From Hypanus sabinus (taxonomy: Eukaryota), in assembly GCF_030144855.1 (NCBI RefSeq), contig NC_082716.1:69626001-69690000 (forward strand): a DNA stretch of 64,000 nucleotides, read 5' to 3'. This document shows, one piece after another, positions 24,201-37,230 of this stretch; the stretch's first letter is position 1, and the number at the start of each line of letters is the position of its first letter. A model generated the notes under the pieces. It saw nothing but the letters and a program-made list of their open reading frames with translations, did no database searches and was not told the origin of the DNA. Made by a program: the position numbers and the translations under genes.

Positions 24201-26064
24201 GGCCTTAAAATACCTTCCTATATGTTGCTGCTTAATAAAATGTATGACTGTATTGATTCATAGAATCGAGTCATTAAAGTATGGAGTTTTGTTTATTTGA
24301 ATGAAGCAATTAAATGGTTCACTTATGCCAGAAATAACCTTTTCTGATGAAAAACTATTGATTTTTTTGCCACAGCTTTATAAGTGACAATGTTTTTGAT
24401 TACTACTGACAAACCTCCTTAGAGTGTTAATTAAAAATGTACCAGATGAGCAGGTGCAGAAGATCATTAAGGAATGCAAGCAGTACCGATGCACAGTACA
24501 TTTTTAACTTTACATAATGAATAGGGCACCAGAGAAAATAACAACTTCATCAACAAAATTATTATCTTCACAATTTATATATTATTAATTTCTTTATCTT
24601 TGATGAAAAATCAACTTGTCTTTAAATTATCATTTAATTTTTGTTACAGGTATTTACTTAGTGTCATATAGATTTGGTTGGTATTTGCTAAAATGCATCT
24701 TTACTGTAAATATGTAATGACATGCTTCAGTGTGTTTCCTTTTCCTTGGTTAATGATCCACCCTTGTTTGATGGGAGGTTTAAAGATTATTACATAAAAT
24801 GAATGTTGTTACAATCATGAATTATGATAAAAATATTAAAGATAATTACATAGATTTCTCATCTTTTCATATTCCCAGTACATATAAAAATTTAGATTTT
24901 AACTTTACATTTCCAGAGAAGGTAGTACAAAATTCTGAATATAAGTCTTCTATTGTATTGTCGATCACAGGTAGTAGGAACTTTAATAAAAAAAAATTGC
25001 TTTCCAAGATTTAGTGCAGGTTTAATGCATAGTGTTTTTATTTCAAAGGCTTATGCCCTGCTCCCGTTTATTGATCTGATAAAGAACAGTTAATGCAAAT
25101 ATCACCTTTAATTGCTTGAACTGTTCAAACATGCACTTTCCAGCAAGCATTCCCTTAAATACACAGCTTTAGTAATTTACAGCTGCTGTAGAATTTTCTG
25201 GGATGGACATAGAAGGAGAACTGTCAACTTCACCCTTGTGTTGATGGCGCTGGTATGGAATCCATGATATAGATGTCCCAGTCTGTTAGTAAGAGATTAA
25301 TAAGTATCTTGTAATGGAAAAATTGGGAAGAAAGAATGACCTTCAAATGATTGTTCTGAAATTAAATCAACAGTGATTTTAGGGCATTCAATCCAAATAG
25401 CCATGGGGGAGGGAAAGTAGAGTTGGAAAGCCTTAAAATTGGCTCCCTGCAAATAATAGCTGCAAGATCGATTATCAGCTGATCATGGATTTATAAAACT
25501 GTGATTCCCGGTAAACAAAAGCATTAGTTCCATTTGGAACTCCAAGAATGCAATTATACTGATAGTTAAATATAGTCTTATTAAAGCCTTTAAGTACAGT
25601 AACTTCACTGTTTTATCCTTTTATGCCTCTTAGTTTCCCACTAGATATTACATTGCACAATTTCAAAACTAGCAGCTCACCACCAAACCACTATTTTTTC
25701 CATCTGGTTGGTAATGGCTTGGATTGCATTAGGTTTGTAGAAACGCACCAACGTGCAGCATGCCCATCATGCCTGTGTTGGTTCTTTGAAAGACAAACTC
25801 ATTCAGTCCCCCTCTCACTCTTTCTCTTCTAAGGCAGCATATATTTTCTTTCCAAATTAATATGCCTCCCCACCCTTTCAGGCAGTAAGTTCAAGCTCCC
25901 AGCTTCTCAATATTTCACTTTCCTTCTTCAATCTCTGTCCTTTAATCATTGTCCCTACTTCCTCAACAGAAGCCTTTGATATTGTTAAAATGCTTATTAA
26001 ATTTACAAACTACACATACAGTACTTGGCACACATGCATTTAAGTTAGGCAACAAAAGATAGAG

Positions 26065-26215
26065 GTAATGGACTTGTAAAGTGCTGTCTATGTACCTTGG
26101 TATGTTGCTGCAGTGCATCCTGTAGATCATACAAACTGCTACAACTATGTACTGGTGATGTGAGTGAATAGTAGTGGATGGCGTGCCTAAGAAACATAGA
26201 CCTTGTGGAGCAGAT
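26065..26215 (-). mobile_element. Old CR1-like LINE fragment
   Basis: IHSHHQYIVVAVCMIYRMHCSNIPR; same family as 58515-60640. Confidence 0.6.
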
Positions 26216-26804
26216 ACTCCATTTTCACAAGGCAAATATAAATTTCACCATGTCATATGGCACTGTCTCCATGATAATTATGGGAAACTGCAAACAGTTC
26301 TGGTAGCTCAGGAGTGGCCATCGATGAAGCACTGTGGACCAGCAGCAGATCTGTAATCAACCTCAGTCTGCAAACTCATGACCTGGCAGACCCACCACGT
26401 GACCATCATCAACAATCAATGAGGAGAGCAGGAGGGGCAAGTCAGCACCAGTTATTCCATTGACAAATCGGAATGACACATCAAATTAGTGAAGTTACAA
26501 GACAGGACTATTTATTTGCCAAACAACATAAACATCATGGTCATGCATCTTGGGCTTTTCCGGAGTTGTGCCCTCAACAAAAATGTTCATTCAACTTCTG
26601 CTAATGCAGATCATTGCATATACTAACCAATTTCTAGGCACTTGTAGACTCTGCAACAGCAGTACAGTAATAAAGTTGTCGATTTACTGGGCTGGGTAAA
26701 TAAAAAGGCCAGAAACTTTGATTGAGAGATTGGGGAATTTAAATTCACTAATTCTTGAATTTTATAGCATTATATCTTAATGGTAACAATGGAATAACTA
26801 CACA

Positions 26805-27222
26805 GAATTGTGCCCATCACAAAAACCAGTCCCCTCTCTCTTGGACTCTGTCTATATTTCTCATTGCCTCAGTAAAGTAGTCAGTATAGTCAAAGACCCT
26901 ACCAACCACAGATATTCTCTCAAGAACAGGCTCAAGGAGAGCTTCTAATCTGCTGTTATAAGACTCTTGAATCATTCCCTAGTGCAGTAGGGTAGACTGT
27001 TGACCTCACAATCTATCCCATTATGATTTTGCATTTTATCGTTTACCTGCATTGCATTTTCTCTGCAGCTGTTACACTATTTTTTCTGCATTTTGTCATT
27101 GCTTTACCTTGTCCTACCTCAGTGTACTGTTTAATGATTTGATCTGTATGAACAGTATGTAAGACAAGCTTTACACTGAATGTCAGTACATGTGACAATA
27201 ATAAATCAATTCCAATTCCAAA
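26805..27222 (+). mobile_element. Rex1 3' end
   Basis: LDSVYISHCLSK...KDPT, ctgctgttataagactcttgaa; tail gacaataataaatcaattccaattcca. Confidence 0.8.
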
Positions 27223-29589
27223 CAAAAATTAGGCAACAAATTCGGGGCAGCATGGTGTAGGATCTTCTTCCAGGAGTTTTGTGGATGGACAGTGCTTGTT
27301 CTGGCTTGCCGACGTGACCTGATTATACTGACAGAGGAACTGACGACAGATAGAACCTTGCTTGTTGGACCAGGATGTTCCCCATCAGCAAATTCGGTCT
27401 TAAGGATCTGAAACAAAAGCAGAGCAGGGAATGCTGTTCATAAACTCCAGGTGGCGAATCTGGACCCACCTCTTTTCCCTTTACTCACCCAATGACCATT
27501 CAACAGTAAAGTTGCCAGCCTTAACTATCTCCTTGAAGGATTTATCACTTGGACTTCCATCTCCAATACATAATACTTCTCCCCCCCCCCCCCACCTCTG
27601 GTAGTTTATATTTTGAAATAAGTTAATCAGGTACTCTTTTTGTCATGGATTTCTGAATATTTTTTCCCTGGGTTTTACTTACAGCACTGGTTGAGAGATT
27701 TGTTTTCAATTTCAAGAGGATTTGGAGCTTCCCCATCAAATCACTGGATGTGGTCCAGGTGATTATATAAAAATGTCACAGCAAAACTTTGCACCTCCTG
27801 TCACATAAAGCACAAAGATCAAAATCGGGTAGCATATATACAGAATCAAATGAATGGGAAGATTTATTTCAGTATCTAAAATGAGTTATGTCACTGTCAG
27901 TCTGTTTCAGAAATGAGAAGAGGTTGAGTTTACTGAAGATGGTGAACAATTATTGAACAGTCAAATTGGAGATTGGGATCAAATTCTTTAAGTCTAGGCT
28001 CACAGCAATGTGGAGCCTGATCTATGCGTTTGTGTAGTTATCAGTAAATACCTGTTTGTTAGGTATTTGTGTAAAGTCTTCCTTGTCATTCCTCTGTGCA
28101 GCAGAGACAGAAGAATAGCCAACAACAATCGTGTGACTTATTCCAAGCGGCTCATGTGTTAGATGACTTTCTTGTCAAACATACACAACTTCAATTCCCA
28201 CAGGAGCAAGCTTTCTCTTTATTCTGTAGTGCATATTGAAAAATCATTCCTGTCAGCTGACACTCGTCCAGCTGCTCGCAAGAACTTTGGCATAGTTTTC
28301 ATAACCTACAAAGTATGAAAGCAGAACACTGCTCCAGTAAAATGCCTGAGGAATTTGGAGGGCTGCCACAGAGGATACAGACAACTCTGTTCCAATCTGA
28401 CAGAAATTTCCACAAAACACTGAAAATTTAAGCGTGGGGTCCCAAGAGCAGGCTGCGGCAGTTTACTTGAACTGAACATATATCAACTGTCAGATTTTGA
28501 CAGTCGGTGCTGACCAAACACAATGGAACATCCAGATGGCTTGAACAAAGTGCACAAGATGTGAACTGCTATTTCTAGCTGTTTACATCAACTTCCACTG
28601 TTACGACTAGTTTTATGTTGTGCACAAATAAAGAGTTTGTGTATATGCCAAGTAGGCATGTTCCAGGTACTGTTTCCTTTACAGCCTGGATCATGCAGTT
28701 TCCTGACATTTAAATGATATAAGCAAAAAAATATGGTTGCTTGGTACTAACCCAGTAGTTTAATGAATTAATTCTTTCCAGCTGAATTGCCCATGTGCAT
28801 AACTTTTCTGTGTTTGTTCTTAGCAAAATAAAAGCATCATCTTCCAACCTATGGCAAAGAGAGGTGGGGGTGGGGGAAGTGGGTATATGTTCCAGATCAA
28901 ATGGCACTAATGTGAGAGAGCAGAATTGCTAAACTGAGTTTCTTAATTTTGATCAGTTAGAAAAAAATTATCTGTGCATCAAAATATTTAAAAATTCATT
29001 ACTGTTTGTAACTTAAATGGGTTTTTGTCTTTTTCTGCCTTGAGTTGCCATTCTACTTTGGGCTTTGCTAATTAGTGCCTGTAAACTGATTCAAAACTTA
29101 AGAAAAAAATCTATTCATTATTTGAACGAACACACTTAAGCTTAATTAGAATTAGAAAAAGCCATGACTTAGGTGTCCTTGGTCCATAAAAATATTGCAC
29201 TACTTTTCTGCATGGTTAAGTCTACTGCTGTTTCTGGCATTGCTTAAGACCAAAATTGCCATTACTGACACGTAAAGTTCAGTGGAAAATTAAATGGGTC
29301 AATGTTAAATGAGGTCCAAAGTACTGACAGTATTTGCGATGAGAAAAGATTTACTTACTGGTTTGTTTTAGGTTCTGTATTTTTTGTTGAGTTATTTTGT
29401 TAGTTATTCTTAATGGTGCAGCAGTGATGCTTGGACATTCACACTGTTTGAGAGTCATAAAGAGGTGCAGAAGCTGCCTGCTGAGACCACCTGCCAAGTC
29501 GATAGCTTACTCATGTCCCATAGTAACACCACTTTTTATTCACCCTACAATCTCATCCGCTCCCCCTACCCTGCAGATTTTGCCATTCA

Positions 29590-29760
29590 CTAACACACTG
29601 GGAGCACTTTACAGTGGCCGTTAACCTGCCAACCTTTGGGATGTGGGAAAAAAGTGAAATACTGGAAGAAACCATATTGGCTCATAGAGGAAATGTGCCA
29701 AATCCACACAGCTTTACGGCAAGGTCTGTGAGGCATTTGTCCTAATAGGTGCGCCATTAG
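29590..29760 (-). mobile_element. HE1-like V-SINE, degenerate
   Basis: V-domain-like ctttgggatgtgggaaaaaagtgaaatactggaagaaaccat...gccaaatccacacag. Confidence 0.65.
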
Positions 29761-29954
29761 GCTTTCCTTACTCATGATTGGTGATTTTGATTTTATGGAA
29801 AAATTCCAAGGGAAGGTGTTTTTCCCAACATAAAAATAGTTTATTATGGACTTGATATCTGAGTAGTGTATATAGAAGCAAATGTTGCTTTCCCACACTT
29901 TCTGAAATAATCTAAATTTCTGTATCCAAATCTTTTCCAAGTATTCATCCTCAG

Positions 29955-30140
29955 TTGTGCACATAAAGTGCTGGGAGAACTCAGCAGCCCGGTAGCATCT
30001 ATTGAAAAGAGTGAATAGTTTCTCGGCATGAAGCGTCAACTGTTTACCCTTTTCCATAGATGTTGTCTGGCCTGCTGAGTTTCTCCAGTATTTTATATGT
30101 GTTACTTTGATTTCCGGCATCTGCAGATTTTTTCGTTTTG
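29955..30140. mobile_element. Penelope-derived short palindromic element
   Basis: Arms gtgctgggagaactcagcagcccggtagcatctat / atagatgttgtctggcctgctgagtttctccagtat are inverted. Confidence 0.8.
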
Positions 30141-30377
30141 AAGTTATATTTCTTCCAATTAATATAGTATTGACTTTTCTGAAAAGTTTGTTTTGTGTAG
30201 GAAATCAGTGAGTTGTTAAGAAAGTGCAATTCTTTGATTCTAGTTCTACAGATGCAAACACTGTTCCAAATCCATCAAGTAATTCATAGTCAATAGATTT
30301 AAAACAAACATGGAACTTTTAGGCTGAGTCAATACTTCGATAGGATGTCGTTTGAATAATAGGCAAACCTGGGCTAT

Positions 30378-30503
30378 GTGGTTTCAGCCCAAAGTATCGA
30401 CTGTTTATTCCTCACCATAGATGCTGCCTGGCCTGCTGAGTTCCTTCAGCATTTTGTGTGTGTTACTCTGGATTTCCAGCATCTGCAGGATCTCTTGTGT
30501 CTA
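30378..30503 (+). mobile_element. Penelope pLTR fragment
   Basis: atagatgctgcctggcctgctgagttccttcagcattttgtgtgtgtt...ccagcatctgcag matches the reverse complement of 17954-18040. Confidence 0.85.
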
Positions 30504-31105
30504 TTAATAGATGGATGTGTGCTTCTAATTACCACACACTGGAAAGTGGTTTATGTGAAAATGTGAGTACAGATGAGGTTGAGATTGAAGATAATTTTAG
30601 TGTTTGGTAAAACACTGTAAAGTATTTTGAACCACGTATAATGAGGCTGACTGTCAACCATGGAATTATAATTTCTATAATGAGTACAAGGAAAACCATT
30701 TTGTTATGAATTTAAAAAAATGTACTTCCTGCTGTGAGTTAATTTATGCATTGTGTAAATACTGTGCAACATGAGGTAATAAGATGCATGGTCTGTTAAA
30801 GTTAATTTAGAGATGACTGCTTACTTTGTGAGCTATTTTACCTCAGCTTCCCCAAGTGGAAAAACATGTAAAGTGATGATGTTTCTGTTACCTGCTGTGT
30901 TTGTTTCTCACTGCCAAGAATCACATTGGATTGGCTATTGAGGTGAAGATCCAGTGAGGAAATGGACCCCGAGGATTTTCTCCTAACATGGAATATACTT
31001 TTGAATTTAACTTGAGCAGATAGTGTTGTTGGCATTTTGCTTCAATCAGGGATTGTTGAGTAAATTTACAGCCGCTATTCTGTCTGACTAATTTTTGTTC
31101 TACAG

Positions 31106-31245
31106 GGCAGTTGTCAACTCCCAGCCTGCCGCGAGCACCCGATGAGGAGTTGTCGAGTTGTTCTCAGAACTCCGTGACCTGCACTAAGGTAGAGTCAGAG
31201 CTTGCTGCACGATCTGATGCCCCACCCCCTCTCTCTAGCCTGTAA
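31106..31245 (+). CDS. Probable downstream (possibly terminal) coding exon of the host gene: (R)QLSTPSLPRAPDEELSSCSQNSVTCTKVESELAARSDAPPPLSSL*
   Basis: Strong acceptor ctgactaatttttgttctacag ends at 31105; CpG-rich; phase 1 matches the donor at 778 (A+GG = Arg) and is open to TAA at 31243-31245; possible internal donor AAG|gtagag at 31189. Confidence 0.6.
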
Positions 31246-31299
31246 CATTACAGCCCTGGTTAAAAACTGAAGAAAAGTTGACATTGCAGTTATCTGAAT

Positions 31300-31540
31300 T
31301 AAATCAAGATTGTTTAACGTCATTTCCAGTACACAAGTATAAAGGAGAACAAAATAATTGTTACTCTGGATGCAATGCAGCACAAAGAATACAATTAGTT
31401 AAAAAACTCAATAATTAAAAATAACACAATAAATATAAATACATAAGGTAGCTTATATACATTGATTGCATATTCAGAAATAGTTGCCAGGCACAGGAGT
31501 GTCTGCATATAAGGTGACTGACAGGAAAAGGTAAAGTAGT
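31300..31540 (-). mobile_element. Rex1-type 3' UTR fragment
   Basis: Minus-strand tail gtactggaaatgacgttaaacaatcttgattt. Confidence 0.6.
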
Positions 31541-31924
31541 TTTTAAAATAAGCTTTAGTTTAGTTTTTATACTTATAGAATTTTAAAATAATGTTCTGTT
31601 TCCTGTATTTTGATATCTACTGAATGTAATCTGCATATTTACCACAAAAATCCATGAATTTAAATTAGCAAGTTTATTTCTTACAAGGTTTTGTAAGTCA
31701 GCAGACATAGAATACAAATCTGTGAACACAATACAAATGCAGGAAACTAACATAGGTAAGTATGATTGTGGGACTGCTGATTCCTGTAAAGGACCATTTC
31801 AAGCATGTCCTTTAATGAACGAAACAGCGCCCTTACTTGCTCTGGTCTAACTGCTGAAAAGGAAAAGTCAGTCACTCAGTTCAAGGATGGGCAATAGTTG
31901 CTGGTCCTGCTTCATGTGCAGTGT

Positions 31925-33520
31925 CAGGGAGCAGAAATGAACGTAGTCACTATTACTAAGGAGAAGGGGCTTGGGAAGCTGAAAGGTCTGAAGGTAGATA
32001 AGTCACCTGGACCAGATACTACACCCCAGGTTTCTGAGAGAGATGTCTGAAGAGATTTGTGGAGACACTAGCAGTGATCTTTTAAGAATCACTAGATTCT
32101 GAAATGATTCTGAAGGTCTTGAAAATTGAAAATGTCACTCCACTCTTTAAGAAGGGAGGGAGGCAGAAGACAGGGAATTATAGGCCAGTTAGCCTGATTT
32201 CAATGGTTGGCAAGATGTTGGAGTCCTTTATTAAGGCTCAGGTTTTGGGCTACTTGGAGGCACACAATACAATAGGCTGAAATCAGCATGGTTTCTTTAA
32301 GGGGAAATCTTGCCTGTCAAATTTGTTGGAATTCTTTGAGGATATATAAAGCAGGATAAATAAAGGAAACTCAATGGATGCTGGATACTTGGATTTTCAG
32401 AAGGATCCCTTGACAAGGTGCTGCAAGGAGTTTGCTTAATAAGGTAAGAGCCCATGGTATTACAAGAAAGTTACTAGAATGGATAGAAGATTGGCTGACT
32501 AGCAGGAAGCAAAGATTGAGAATAAAGGGGGCCTTTTCTGATTGGTTGTCAATGACTAGTGGTGTTCACAGATATGTTAGTAACCTGGATAATGGAATTG
32601 ATGGCTTTGTGGCGAAGTTGTGGATGATCCAAAGAAAGAGACAGATAGTGTTGAGAAAGCAGGGAGGCTGCAAAAGGACTTAGCCAGATTAGGAGAATGA
32701 ATGGGCAAAGAAGTGGCAGATGGGATACTGTTCAGGGAAGTATATGGTCATGTACTTTGGTAGAAGGAATAGAGGCATAAACTATTTTCTAAATGGGGAG
32801 GAAATTCAGAAATTGGAGGTGCAAAAGGACTTGAGTCCTAGTACAGGATTTCCTAAAGGTTAACTTGCAAGTTGAATCGGTAATAAGGAAAGCGAATGCA
32901 ATTTTGCATTCATTTCAAGAGGACTGGAGTATCAAAGCAAGGACTTAATGCTGAAGATTTATAAGGAAATGGTCAGACCTCAGTGGAGTATTATGACTAC
33001 TTTTGGGTCTTATATCTAAGAGAAAATGTGTTGGCATTGGAGCAAGTCCGGAAGAAGTTTGCATGAATGATCTTGGGGATGAAAGGGTTAACGTATGAAG
33101 AGCATTTGATGGCTCTGGGCCTATGCTCACTGGAGTATAGAAGAATGAAGGGGGAAATGAACCAAATATTGATAGTTCTAGATACACAGGACATGGTGAT
33201 ATTTCTAACAATGAGAGAGTCTAGGACCAAAGGACAGATTTTCAGACCAGAGGGACATCCCTTCAGAATAGAAATGAGCAGGAATTTCTTTACCCAGAAG
33301 GTGGCAAATCTGTGGAATTCATTGCCACAGATGTTTGTAGAGTCCAAGATAAAGTTAAAGCTGAAGCTGATAGGTTATTAATTAGTAAAATCATCAAAGG
33401 TTATGGGGAAAAGGCAGGAGAATGTGTTTGTGAGTGAAAATAAATCAGTCATGATTGAATGATGGAGAAAACTTGATGGGCTGAATGGCTTAATTCTTCT
33501 CCTATGTCCTATAGGCTTCA
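31925..33520 (+). mobile_element. CR1 LINE, 1.6-kb 3' portion with RT
   Basis: LKVDKSPGPD, NVTPLFKKGGRQKTGNYRPVSL, QHGFFKGKSCLSNLLEFFE, LDFQK, WIEDWLTSRKQR; 3' UTR gatgggctgaatggcttaattcttctcctatgtc. Confidence 0.93.
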
Positions 33521-35824
33521 GATCTTAAGTGAATGAATAATAAAAACCATGGATGCATAACTATCTGATGGAAATCATCTGGTAATGTACCAATAAGTAC
33601 ACTTTACTGAAGCTGGACTTAGTTACATTGAAGTAAATGGAGGCATTTTCTGTTCTAATGGAACTCTACTTCAAAATATTTTTGCCTACCTGTTTACTGG
33701 AAGTATGAACTTATAATGGCAATGTCCCAAAGAATTCATAGAGGAAGGACTGTCATGAAGGTGGAGTGAAAGTGGATAAATCCAAAGTAAAATCAGGTGT
33801 AGAAAGTACAACAGAAAAGGGAAAAAGGTTTAGATTAATCTAAGAAAAGAGACAAAAACAATGAGGCAATGCATTAAACAGGAGTCAAATTTGGCAGTTT
33901 AAAATTTCCAATCACAATTTACAATCTAGACTTTGTTCTTTGGTAAATTCAGTGGGCAATTAATGTGCAAAAGCCGGAACTTTATGAAACCATATGGAAG
34001 TTCAAAGTGAAATGCTTTGTTCATGAAGGTAAAGAAAATCAGTGTGTAGATTTTGAAGTTCTGTAATTCTTGGTATTGCTACCTCACTACAAGTTGCTGT
34101 TTAGTTTTATTTTTGCTGATTAATATCAGTGTGTGCATTCACCTGTTGTTATTACTTTCTTCAAGTTCTGGCCAATGCTAATCTCATTGTCTTTTGTTGA
34201 GTTAACTGCAGAACAAGATAGACACCAAGCCCCAGAACTCTCTAAACTGCATAAAAGTGCTTCATGCATACATTCAGATGGGTAACACTGGACTTGCACA
34301 TATTCTCTTTGATAGTAGTTTGTGACTCATTGTTCATGCTGCAATGGATGATTACAGGAAAGTGAAATAAGAATCTTAACATGCTACAACGTCCTTCAAG
34401 ATTCCATTATCACTCTATTTAATAATGATTAATTTATGAACAATTTATGAACTCTCAATTGCATCCTCTTGGTTTCATGGTTTGTTCTTGACAAATAATA
34501 TTCAATGATAAAACATGATTGTAGAGCATTTTTGTGTTTTTGTTGTTTAGTATTTTATTGAACAGGCACTTAAATGATTTTGACCTTAAGAAAAACAATT
34601 TATGCAGCAGTTGATGGTACAGTTCTAAGTACTGGAAACCCAATTTGTTGTCTTATTCAATATGCATAGCTTTCAAAATTCCTATTGTACAAATTAACAG
34701 CTTTAATAGGATTAGTGGTTACCAGAGAAAAAAATGAATGTAATGTAATTGAATTTAATTTTGATATTCAATGCATTTCTGAAAGAATAACCCCCTCCCA
34801 AATTAGATCTATGGAATTGCCTTTTGGTAATATTGTGGATCACAACTGATTGGGTGTTGAAGAGTTATAAATGGAGGTAGTTATTATAACATTGTAGTGG
34901 ACTCCATTTATGACCAAAAGGCCAGAGTAATTTGAAGTGGATGAGATCAAAGTCTCTGAATTCTATATTTCTATCTGAATATAGAAATGGCAAAAGGTAT
35001 CTGATACTATTTTTTACATATACTCAGAAATTCACCTCTGTTGAGTAGCAGAAAATGTCCTATATAGTAGAGAAAGTGAAATGAACTCATCTCTGAAGTT
35101 CACAGCATTGCATTACAATTTTGGAGACATGGAATGTAATGTGAGTGCACTACCTACCAGACTTAATTTCCTATTTACAGAATTTTGTTTTACTTTTCAT
35201 TGGAGAGGCAGCAGATGTGGTTGGGACATATTGACGTATGATCACCTTTCATGTTAGATTTATAATATTTTACAATAATATTGATTATTTATATTTCCCA
35301 ACTTGTTCAGTTCCACTTCTGCAATTTTACATGCTGTAACTATATTTTCCTCTTCTACTTTCTTCCTCTGGTGAATTTTGTAGCCCTTAAGGCAATAATT
35401 TTCTTTGTAGAATTTACTCATTGCTGACAGTCCAATGGCTGGTGCCTGAGTATTTCTATATGGCAGTCTGGCTATAATGTTTGACATCAACCTCAAAACA
35501 CTTGTAAGCTTGCACAATCATCCATCCAATTAAATCACAGACCATGCCAATCTACGCCATCAGCTCGACTTTCATTTAAACTCTTTGATTGTATAAGCCA
35601 TTGAAAAACATTGATGCTTTGCCATTTGTGTGCTGAATTGCCAATTGCCATCGTTGAGTAATTGTCACTGTAACAAGAATGGCAATTTCATTTTTACTTG
35701 CTTTGTGACGTCAAGTGATAAAGGTCCTTGTGCTGACTTCTGGTTGTTGCAGTTTTATAAGAACAGAAGGAAAACAAATTTTCCCATAATACCTCATCTG
35801 CTGCATAGAATTTAAGAAGAAAAG

Positions 35825-36212
35825 TAGGTTTGTGTTTACACAGTACCTTTCATAACTTCAAAAGTTCCTAGCGTGCTCTACTTAGCCACTGCTGCAACAT
35901 CAGGAGTGTAGAAACTAATACGTGCGCAGCTAAATCACAAAGAACCATGGAAATCTGACTTGGGTTGCTGATTGGGGAGTAACTGTTGGCCATAGAGCCA
36001 GGGAAAACTCCTTTGCTCTTTGTCAGGGTGCATTTGCCTCTTTTGCCTGACTCGTCTCATTTGAAAATTAAATCCCAAAGGTAGCATCTCTTTATAGTGC
36101 AGGAATCCCTCTGTGCTGTAGAGGAGTGTCTTCCTGGATAGTTTGTGTTTGATTCTTTGGAAATCTTTTGATGCAGAGAGAATAATATTATAGTACTGAT
36201 TGAGCCATTGAC
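35825..36212 (-). mobile_element. SacSINE1-like DeuSINE (tRNA-like head, Deu core, L2-type tail)
   Basis: Collinear degenerate match: tail tttgtgtttacacagtacctttcataacttca, core gttggccatagagccagggaaaactcctttgctc, head ending actgattgagcca. Confidence 0.55.
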
Positions 36213-36219
36213 AGCAGGT

Positions 36220-37230
36220 GTCATAAAGTCTGCATTAAAAACAGGCCCTTCAGCTTAACTCATGCATGTAAACCTATGTGTCTTCCTGAGCTGGCGCCAT
36301 TTGTCTGAATTTGGCTCATAACCCTCTCAAGATTTCCTATTTATCACCCAATCAAATGTCTTTCAAGTACTGAAATTGTGCCTGCTTCCATATATCCATT
36401 CACCCTCTCTGTGAAAAGCCTGCCCCCTCATGCCCCTGTATTTTTTTTAATCTCACCTTAAATCTTTGCCTTGTAGTTTTGGACTCCTCTACTCTTGGGA
36501 GAAGACTTGACCATCAATTTTACCTACGCCACTCATAATTTTATAAACTTTTCCGAGATCACCACTTATCCTTCTTTTATCCAGGAATATAGTCTACACT
36601 CAAGGAAATGTATCAAGGAAGAATATAGTCTTCTTTGATAACTCAAGAAGCATTCTCCTGAAACTTTTCTGTACCCTCTCTAGCTTAACCACATACTTAT
36701 GGTGTGGTGACCAGAACTGCACATAATATTCCAGGTGCAGTCATGCCAATGGTTTGTATAACTGTACCATGAAATCCCAGCTCTTGTCCTTAATGCCCAT
36801 TCTGTGAAGATAAACATGCCACGTGCATTCTTCACCACCTTGTCTACCTGTGTCACCACTTTCAGGGATATGTGTTCTTGTACCTTTAGGTTACTCTGTT
36901 CTACAACAGTCCTTGTAATCCTGTCACTTACTGTGCAAGTCTTTCCCTGCTTTAGTTTCCCAAAATGTATCACTTTAGTACTTTCTTGAATTCAATTCCA
37001 CCTGCTCCTTCTTTGCCACTTTATCAGTTGATCTAGATACTGTTGTAATCTCAGACAGCTCTTTCCACTGTCCAGCACACCACCAATTTTCTATCAGATA
37101 CTAACTTACTTATCAAGCTCCCCAACACTGATCACCATGACAACCACTGGTGACAGGCATGCAACGTGAAAATCAACCACTCACAACCACCTACTGACTC
37201 AGTCCATCAAGTCAATTTTTGTATGCAGTT
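36220..37230 (-). mobile_element. CR1 LINE 3' portion
   Basis: MIHFGKLKQGKTCTV...VVTQVDKVVKNARGM...VQFWSPH on the minus strand; CR1 tail gctgaagggcctgtt. Confidence 0.85.

Noticed and set aside
24635-24656. Recursive splice site (ttttgttacag|gtattt)
   Set aside because: The reconstituted donor GTATTT is far from the GTAAG consensus of known recursive sites.
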